A stretch of DNA of 64,000 bases from IMG/VR virus record IMGVR_UViG_3300022074_000019, positions 13,924 through 77,923 of that record; one strand, written 5' to 3'. Positions 57,891 to 64,000 of this stretch are shown here, piece by piece. A model generated the notes under the pieces. That model saw nothing but the letters and a program-made list of their open reading frames with translations, was not told the DNA's origin and did not search any database. Numbering within the stretch: the stretch's first letter is position 1; each line of letters opens with the position of its first letter. The translations under genes and the position numbers were made by a program. This stretch comes from a virus.

Positions 57891-58412
57891 ATGCTCAGAG
57901 CGATTAGCACTAAACATTTTGTTGGCCTTGTTCGTGCCGAACCATGCAAATTCAAAATTGTTCATGCATTCGACTTTGACGACACCATTACTCTCAAGCC
58001 TAAAGACTTTGACAATACTGGCCTAACTACTAGTGATTACTTTGATGCTGCTCGTCGCTTTACTCCTGACGAAGCAATCGTAGATCTCTTGCGTCTTCAG
58101 CATAAGATCGGAGATCGCATTGCTATTGCTACAGCTAGACCTCCTGAAAGGCTTGTTGAGACTTATCAATGGCTAGTCAAGTATCGAATTCCTTTTGACG
58201 TGCTTATGCACTCAACAGGTGTGATTACAAGTGGCATGGCTAAGCAGCACATGCTTAAACATCTACGTAAGTCTTACCGAATGGTTGGCACACTCATTGA
58301 TGATAGTCCTTGGAACATTGAAGGTGCACGTTTACAACGTATCAAACGCATTCATGTTCGTAAGAACTGTGCCTACTGGGCATCTCACCCTGAAATTGTT
58401 TTCAAGGTTTGA
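57891..58412 (+). CDS. HAD-family phosphatase (polynucleotide phosphatase-like)
   Basis: FDFDDT, ATAR, K, IDDS motifs. Confidence 0.75.
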   Translation: MLRAISTKHFVGLVRAEPCKFKIVHAFDFDDTITLKPKDFDNTGLTTSDYFDAARRFTPDEAIVDLLRLQHKIGDRIAIATARPPERLVETYQWLVKYRIPFDVLMHSTGVITSGMAKQHMLKHLRKSYRMVGTLIDDSPWNIEGARLQRIKRIHVRKNCAYWASHPEIVFKV

Positions 58413-58587
58413 TGTCTGTACGCATACTCATTATCTACGCAACCCTTTCTGTAGGTCTCAACATGAATGTCACAAATGATCGATTTGTTCTGCTACCATT
58501 TCTTCCACAACGTCTATCCGTCGTTGTTATAAGACAGTAAGTCCGGTTAACACCGGCTTTTCTTTTTGATGTAACTGACTCAAATAT

Positions 58588-58974
58588 ATGAGCACAATTC
58601 CAAACGGCATCTCTTCTGATGACCTGAAAGCCTTGATGGCTACAGCTCACATCGATTGTGAAGACGTTGAGATTGAGGATAATTCTGATCAACCTCAAGT
58701 CAAGACAAAGAACGGCTCTTTTACTCAAGCAGAAATCGAAGCTTTAGCTGAGGCTACTGATGAAGAGCTCTTCATGATCTGCCCTCATCCAATTGCTCAC
58801 AAAGTCCTGGTTCTTCAAATCTTGGACAAAATGATTCATTGGCATGAGCAGTGCGCTCTTAACAAAGATGAGCCTATTGAAGCGGCTGCTTGGGCAGCTG
58901 ATGCAGGCAAATTGCATGCAGTCAAAACCTTGTTCCAACTCATCTCGTTTGGTGATCAAGATTTCACTTGTTGA
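58588..58974 (+). CDS. Hypothetical protein
   Basis: Between hairpins. Confidence 0.6.
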   Translation: MSTIPNGISSDDLKALMATAHIDCEDVEIEDNSDQPQVKTKNGSFTQAEIEALAEATDEELFMICPHPIAHKVLVLQILDKMIHWHEQCALNKDEPIEAAAWAADAGKLHAVKTLFQLISFGDQDFTC

Positions 58975-59030
58975 AAGCTCAAGACCGGCTAACGCCGGTC
59001 CTTTTCTTCTGTGTTCTTTCTTTGCAAATC

Positions 59031-59489
59031 ATGCAAAACCAAACTCAACTTCGCTCTTACGCTCAGTTCAACACCTTCACTGTGACTGGACGTATCCAGT
59101 TCGCCAAGAAGGTTGCTGGCAAGCGCGGTGACTTCCTGTCTGTGACTGTTATCACCAACTTCCTCAACGACGACGAGGGTTATACGATCGATTTCCTCGA
59201 TAGTGACAACCTGCTGTCTCTGTTCGAGCAAGGCTATCTGCCTGTTGGTCGTCAAGTCACCCTGACTGGTCACGTTGACAGCTTTGGTCAGACCTACACC
59301 GATCCCAAGACCGGTGAGCTTGTCATGCTCAAGCGTCCTCAGATGAAACTGAGTGGCGTCAACATTCCGACCGGTGGCCTTGGTCCTATGCCTAAGGCTG
59401 TCACCGAACAGCGTCGTCAGAACATTGTTGTTCGACCTTCTGCAGCTGAGCAAGTTGCACCTGAAGTTCAGGAAGCTCCTGCCTTCTGA
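59031..59489 (+). CDS. Single-stranded DNA-binding protein (OB fold)
   Basis: N.F.VTGRI...GRQVTLTG; C-terminal EAPAF; strong codon bias. Confidence 0.65.
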   Translation: MQNQTQLRSYAQFNTFTVTGRIQFAKKVAGKRGDFLSVTVITNFLNDDEGYTIDFLDSDNLLSLFEQGYLPVGRQVTLTGHVDSFGQTYTDPKTGELVMLKRPQMKLSGVNIPTGGLGPMPKAVTEQRRQNIVVRPSAAEQVAPEVQEAPAF

Positions 59490-59769
59490 TGTATCAGCTC
59501 CCTCTAACGAGGGGGCTTTTTTATATTCTCTATCCTCATATTGAACATGGGTCCACTATTCGGAAATCATCCCTTGCTTTTTCAAATTGCATCTAGAATG
59601 CAAGAACTAGGTTTTACTGAAGAAGAAAGCCTTGAAGTCGTTATTGGCGGTAGCTCTGTCTATGAAATTGACGGAGCTGGTACAAAATGGGCTCCTGTAA
59701 AAGGCACTCGTAAATACAATAGCGACGCCTTTATTGTTATTCGTAAACCTAAACCAGTAATAAGCTCAA

Positions 59770-59994
59770 ATGGTTGAACTACTTACTTACTACGTTATTT
59801 CTGGTCTCCTTATTGTGGGAGCACCAGCAATCTTTTTTCTGATTGTTTTTATGCCTGCTCTTCAGAATACGAAGGGTAGAATTGTTGGTTATCGAGATCA
59901 CAAGATATTTGGCAACTCATCAGTCTATGAGAATACTCATGGCGATAACACTAAATTCTTTCTTCAAATCCCTTATGATTCCAGAACTTCGTGA
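59770..59994 (+). CDS. Small membrane protein
   Basis: One TM helix. Confidence 0.5.
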   Translation: MVELLTYYVISGLLIVGAPAIFFLIVFMPALQNTKGRIVGYRDHKIFGNSSVYENTHGDNTKFFLQIPYDSRTS

Positions 59995-60186
59995 AGAGTT
60001 TGTGTTTGACTTAGCTAATCACATACTCAAGAAATCAACAAAAGCTGGTGTTTGGGCTATGGCTGTAGATCGCGTTTGCGATGTACTCCTGACTAAAACA
60101 GACGAAGAGCTAATTGATATGGCTCCTAGTAATCTTATCGTCTGTGATAAGACCAAGCACAATAAGAACAAACCTAAAGGCTTCTA

Positions 60187-60381
60187 ATGAAATTTACTAT
60201 AGAAAAATCTCGCTATGGTCTCTACACAAGTGTGTTTGAGGACGGTACAAAAGGCACCACTGCACTTACTGAAGAGGCTTGCCACTTTGTAACTGTCAAC
60301 ATCCGTATCCCTGTACTTCAGGGTACATGGGACGGAAACACTTCTGTTGTTGGATCAGCAGTCGTAGGTGGCAAGCTTTGA
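60187..60381 (+). CDS. Hypothetical protein
   Basis: Coupled ORF. Confidence 0.55.
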   Translation: MKFTIEKSRYGLYTSVFEDGTKGTTALTEEACHFVTVNIRIPVLQGTWDGNTSVVGSAVVGGKL

Positions 60382-61134
60382 TTACTTGCGTCGTTTACCG
60401 TTACCGTTAATCGCTTTTTCTAGGATTACGGTGTCAGCATTTATGGTGACCTGGCGGTCATCGCCGCCATTTTGACGCACTTGACTGTCGTAGTTACGCA
60501 GCTCGTCTCGTCCAACCTGTTTAATAATATTATTCATAACTGAATCTTTCATAGCCTGAGCTTCTACTTTCTGAGCCTCACGGACAGGACTCATGTCTAA
60601 TTTTTCACGCATAGATGGATGCTTTTCCAATAAATCATTAATGTAATTATTCATATCAGGCACAGCCTTAGTCATGTACTGCTTACCAACATGTTTACGA
60701 TAATCAAGAGGTAATTCGCTTGCATCTAAGATGTCTTGCACCATACCAAATGGTTTTGCATTTGGATGAAATTGATATCCTCTCTTTATTGCATACTCGT
60801 GAATGCCACTTTGATGAATATCCTGCGGCATATTAATTAAATTTAAAATGTTATTACCTGTTGCGCCATACTGGTTTAAATAGGCAGTAAGTTCTGCCGC
60901 TTCTGCATCAGTTAGCCCTTTGTATAAAGGATCTAACGTTTTAAGAATAGCTCTGTGGTGAGCCTGTTCGCCAGGTCGAGCCTTCATCAACTCATAAACA
61001 ACAGTATCGTCTGAATTCTTGGCACGACGCATCATGTTTTTGCCAGTTGCATCATTTAGTTGTGATTTATAAGCCTCTCCAGCTTTATTTGCTAAACCTG
61101 GAGACTGATAATCTCTAGCTGCACCACGAGTCAC
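60382..61134 (-). CDS. AHH/HNH-like nuclease-fold protein
   Basis: QAHH...N..NL..MP...H...IH. Confidence 0.5.
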   Translation of the reverse strand: MTRGAARDYQSPGLANKAGEAYKSQLNDATGKNMMRRAKNSDDTVVYELMKARPGEQAHHRAILKTLDPLYKGLTDAEAAELTAYLNQYGATGNNILNLINMPQDIHQSGIHEYAIKRGYQFHPNAKPFGMVQDILDASELPLDYRKHVGKQYMTKAVPDMNNYINDLLEKHPSMREKLDMSPVREAQKVEAQAMKDSVMNNIIKQVGRDELRNYDSQVRQNGGDDRQVTINADTVILEKAINGNGKRRK

Positions 61135-61248
61135 ACATATACATACCTATGACTATTTATTCATCTAGGTATCACTATCTACATCTACATCGTATCTAAT
61201 TTGTATTAACAATTAGAATAAAATAAAGGCGCTAAGTATTTACTAGCA

Positions 61249-61872
61249 ATGTCATTTCAAAGAGATAAAGACGGAAATTATCTTGTTCCTATCGTCTCCT
61301 TAGGCGAACGCCTGCGTGATAACTTCGGATTAACTATCAAAGAGCATTCGCACTTTGACAAAGTTGATAACGTTCATTCACCTAATAGCTATCACTATTA
61401 CGACGAAGCACTTGATATTCAAGACTGGCGTGGAGGATCAGGTGCAGGTGCTGAAGGTTTTAATGGTGTCGGTTATCAACAGCGCACCAAAAATCTGCGT
61501 GACTTGATGCGCGGCTCAGGTGCTGAAGTGATCGGACCTGGTGACATGGAAGGTCACGACACTCACCTTCACCTGGCAGCGAAAGGAGGGATCTTCAAGC
61601 TCAACGAAGATCAATACAACTATCTTTTTAGTGATACTTCTGGTGGTCGTTCTTCTACTTTTGCTCCTCTTACTCCTTCTTCTTCAACTCCTTTAGATCC
61701 TTCTACTCCTTCGCCTGTAGCTGATACTCAAGTTGCACCAGCAACTGATTACACTAATATGTCTAAGCAGCAGATTAATGATGCATACGACAAGCTTCGC
61801 ATGGCTGGTGATGTGTTTGCGGCTGAAAAAGAAGGCATGAAGATGCACAAGGCATTCTTTAATGAGAAGTAA
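61249..61872 (+). CDS. Zn peptidase (M15-like) putative peptidoglycan hydrolase, RMAG tail
   Basis: SYHYYDEALD (H-x6-D) and HLH. Confidence 0.6.
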   Translation: MSFQRDKDGNYLVPIVSLGERLRDNFGLTIKEHSHFDKVDNVHSPNSYHYYDEALDIQDWRGGSGAGAEGFNGVGYQQRTKNLRDLMRGSGAEVIGPGDMEGHDTHLHLAAKGGIFKLNEDQYNYLFSDTSGGRSSTFAPLTPSSSTPLDPSTPSPVADTQVAPATDYTNMSKQQINDAYDKLRMAGDVFAAEKEGMKMHKAFFNEK

Positions 61873-62078
61873 AAGGAGCAAGCTACTATGAATAAACATG
61901 AGAAGAAACTAATTAAGTTTCAAAATCAAGCTCAAGACTGTGTGTCTCGTATAGAGGCTCAAGATATTCTGCGTAAAGCAGAAAAAGCACGTTGCAAACT
62001 ACTCGCCAAAAAGCTGTTCAAACAGTAAATCCACCGGCTAACGCCGGTTGAGTTTTGTTTGTCCTTTACAAAGACACC

Positions 62079-62297
62079 ATGGACCAAGAGTTCGTGATGA
62101 TCAGCAGAGGCGAAGTTGAAATGCTTCTGCTTCAATTCAAACGTGCCGAAGGCTTTTGCGATAAAGCAAGATCTCCTTCACGTAAACCAACCATAGAAGA
62201 GTTGATGATGGAACCTACGTGTTTCTATTCAGGTGCATCTGGTTATGCACGTGCCACTCTTCGCAATGCAATTCAAACTTTAGAATCAAACCTATGA
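62079..62297 (+). CDS. Hypothetical protein
   Basis: 30 nt after hairpin 62033. Confidence 0.55.
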   Translation: MDQEFVMISRGEVEMLLLQFKRAEGFCDKARSPSRKPTIEELMMEPTCFYSGASGYARATLRNAIQTLESNL

Positions 62298-62464
62298 GTG
62301 ACTTCCCTTTCGACGATATCGAAAGGCTGTATCGGGAGGAGGATGCTCTTCCTCCCATTCCAAATTGGCCTTCAATATTTAGTGATGAACCAAAGCCTAA
62401 AAAACAACAAGATCAAGCAAACAAAAGCACTGTAAAATAATATAAGCAGTGACTTTTATTAGCA

Positions 62465-63127
62465 ATGGGTAAGAAGAAAAAGAAGTCCTCTTCTTTCGAT
62501 GGCAAGGCTACTGGTTATGACTATCTAAGAGACAAATTTAACAAGAACTACGAACCTCATCGTAGTGATCGTATGTCTGGAGAAATTTATAATCGTGAAC
62601 GTGATGAAGCTTTTCAGCGTTATTTGATGACAGGCGACAAATATTCTGGCATGGATTCAGGTATGCGTCGATATCAAGAAAAACTAGATAAAAAACTTGA
62701 TAAAAAGCCTTCTGTTGAAGATAGGCTTTTTGAAGCAGGTATTCCTCCCTCACAGTGGCAATATTACGCTAATAAAGCTGGCATTACTAATGTGAATAGC
62801 AAAGGTGATGCTAAAAAGCTCATTGATGTTTATGACAAAGATGAGCGTTATCAAGGACCTGACAAGCCTTTTGAACCTGAAGTTCCTGAACTTCCTGAAC
62901 CTCCATCAGAGCCTCAGTTTCTCATCACTGAAGAAGAAGATCTTGCTAGAGATACAGCACGAGATGAGCGCATTGCTGACTATGAAAAAAATCGTGCTCT
63001 TACAGGATTAATTGGTGATGAAGACACCCAAAAATATCTTGATGATTATAAGTTCAATGTCGCTTCTGGACTTAGTAATGCAGGTATCAGTACTCGTGGA
63101 CCTGAAGCTCCTTTATTTATCCTTTGA
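62465..63127 (+). CDS. Hypothetical protein
   Basis: TAAAAT -10; 220 aa. Confidence 0.6.
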   Translation: MGKKKKKSSSFDGKATGYDYLRDKFNKNYEPHRSDRMSGEIYNRERDEAFQRYLMTGDKYSGMDSGMRRYQEKLDKKLDKKPSVEDRLFEAGIPPSQWQYYANKAGITNVNSKGDAKKLIDVYDKDERYQGPDKPFEPEVPELPEPPSEPQFLITEEEDLARDTARDERIADYEKNRALTGLIGDEDTQKYLDDYKFNVASGLSNAGISTRGPEAPLFIL

Positions 63128-63402
63128 TCATGTTTACTTCTGAAGATTTACAAGCAAGATTTGAAGAAAAGATGGGCATGGAACTTACTCCAACAGCCCC
63201 TCAATCTCCAGCTGAAGGTTCATTCCAAAATTTACCTAACTCCAATATGGAAACTAATTCAGGTGCAACTCCTACACCTGTATATGGAGATGCTACCTCT
63301 GATGGATTAGATTTTGCTAATAACTTTAAGATGAATGTTGCTGATCGTTTGGTGCCTGTCGAAGACGATGGGACAATTCGTCCTTCATCTATAAGATTTT
63401 AA
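63124..63402 (+). CDS. Hypothetical protein
   Basis: FKMNVA resembles YKFNVA in the upstream ORF. Confidence 0.55.
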   Translation: MIMFTSEDLQARFEEKMGMELTPTAPQSPAEGSFQNLPNSNMETNSGATPTPVYGDATSDGLDFANNFKMNVADRLVPVEDDGTIRPSSIRF

Positions 63403-63467
63403 CCACGTTAATAGTGTGGTATTTCAAATCAATTGCCCCGCAAGCAATGTGGGGTATTTTTGTGCTT

Positions 63468-63586
63468 AAAGCCACGCTACTTACCCCTACCCCATATAAA
63501 GAGTTTTAAAAAAGATAGAGAGGGGGAGTGTAATAAAAAAGAGATATATAGGAAACTACCGTGGCTAAGCGCGGTTTGCGTGGTTC
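63468..63586 (+). repeat. Iteron/AT-rich element copy C
   Basis: CCAC 63472; GTGG 63561, GCGG 63571, GTGG 63580. Confidence 0.6.
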
Positions 63587-63737
63587 TGCTTGGGGTATTC
63601 CAAGGCAGCATCCGTTGCAGCGCAAGCGAATACGAGCAAATAACCACATCTAAGCATCTACCGCACTAAATGTAGTTCTGTAAAAATGTAGTCATATTGA
63701 CACGTATAATTTCCCGGATCCTGCTCAAGAGGGCCTT

Positions 63738-63887
63738 TTGCAAAAACGTGTGACCGTCCTCTTGCCTGTGGACGTCCATCGGCGGCTCAAGCTCAAGAGC
63801 ATCGATGAAGACACTACGATGAATGCTCTAATACAGCACGCTGTATCTCTGCTACTACAGCAATCTTCACAAGAAAATCCGATGTAA
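63738..63887 (+). CDS. Ribbon-helix-helix (ParG/CopG-like) DNA-binding protein, not in ORF track
   Basis: TTG start; KRVTVLLPVDVHRRLKLKSIDEDTTMNALI; TATAAT at 63705. Confidence 0.65.
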   Translation: MQKRVTVLLPVDVHRRLKLKSIDEDTTMNALIQHAVSLLLQQSSQENPM

Positions 63888-64000
63888 TCAGATTTTTCTG
63901 TTTAACTGAATACCTTCTAAGGGCCGGTTAACACCGGCTTTTGATTTTGGTGTTCTATATACATGTCCAACACATGCCCGCGAATTTCACATCCGGCTGG

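Larger units (their letters stand above)
53517..59517 (+). repeat. Array of TAAC-loop hairpin repeats separating short ORFs
   Basis: Copies at 53517, 53651, 53857, 54035, 54277, 54522, 54757, 55107, 55413, 55935, 56518, 57406, 57583, 57846, 58543, 58983, 59496; outliers at 5169, 9326, 62033, 63923. Confidence 0.9.

Noticed and set aside
53605-59131. Recurring RLTPA / PANAG / PVNTG peptides in the ORF track
   Set aside because: These are translations through the DNA hairpin repeat, not protein motifs; the real starts lie downstream.
53517-59517. CRISPR array
   Set aside because: Repeats are only 14-18 nt, spacing is irregular and the intervening DNA is coding; no cas operon.
53517-59517. Canonical integron attC array
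   Set aside because: Too short for attC (no R/L box pairs or extrahelical bases), and the recombinase shows no obvious IntI-specific insertion; kept only as a loose analogy.
63433-63669. 78-aa ORF
   Set aside because: Runs across iteron element C and a terminator-like hairpin; probably spurious.

Overview
The window is about 64 kb of a tailed dsDNA cyanophage genome. The host is inferred to be marine Synechococcus-like, based on a group-2-like sigma factor, NblA- and CP12-like peptides, an NtcA box and a glutamine riboswitch. No host chromosomal genes are seen. Layout: (1) 1-9.3 kb, + strand, replication module: PD-(D/E)XK exonuclease, primase-VapE helicase, four apparently catalytically dead enzyme homologues, and a family-A DNA polymerase split into exonuclease and polymerase genes. 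It ends in an NtcA box / glutamine riboswitch / DUF4278-peptide unit. (2) 9.4-52.6 kb, mostly - strand, late module: tyrosine recombinase, small basic proteins, GH19 endolysin, tail fibres, major capsid, sigma factor, scaffold overlapping the portal, terminase, and many low-complexity putative internal/ejection proteins. (3) 52.6-64 kb, mostly + strand, early-type region of short ORFs. The most notable unexplained patterns are: a ~20-copy CCGGY-TAAC-RCCGG hairpin usually 27-33 nt upstream of early start codons; an R-M-A-G-type peptide tag shared by many unrelated late proteins; three dispersed iteron/AT-rich elements with identical spacing; a GG-free, structured ~310-nt non-coding region; and per-gene -10-only promoters in the late region. 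All calls come from reading the sequence by eye; no searches were run.
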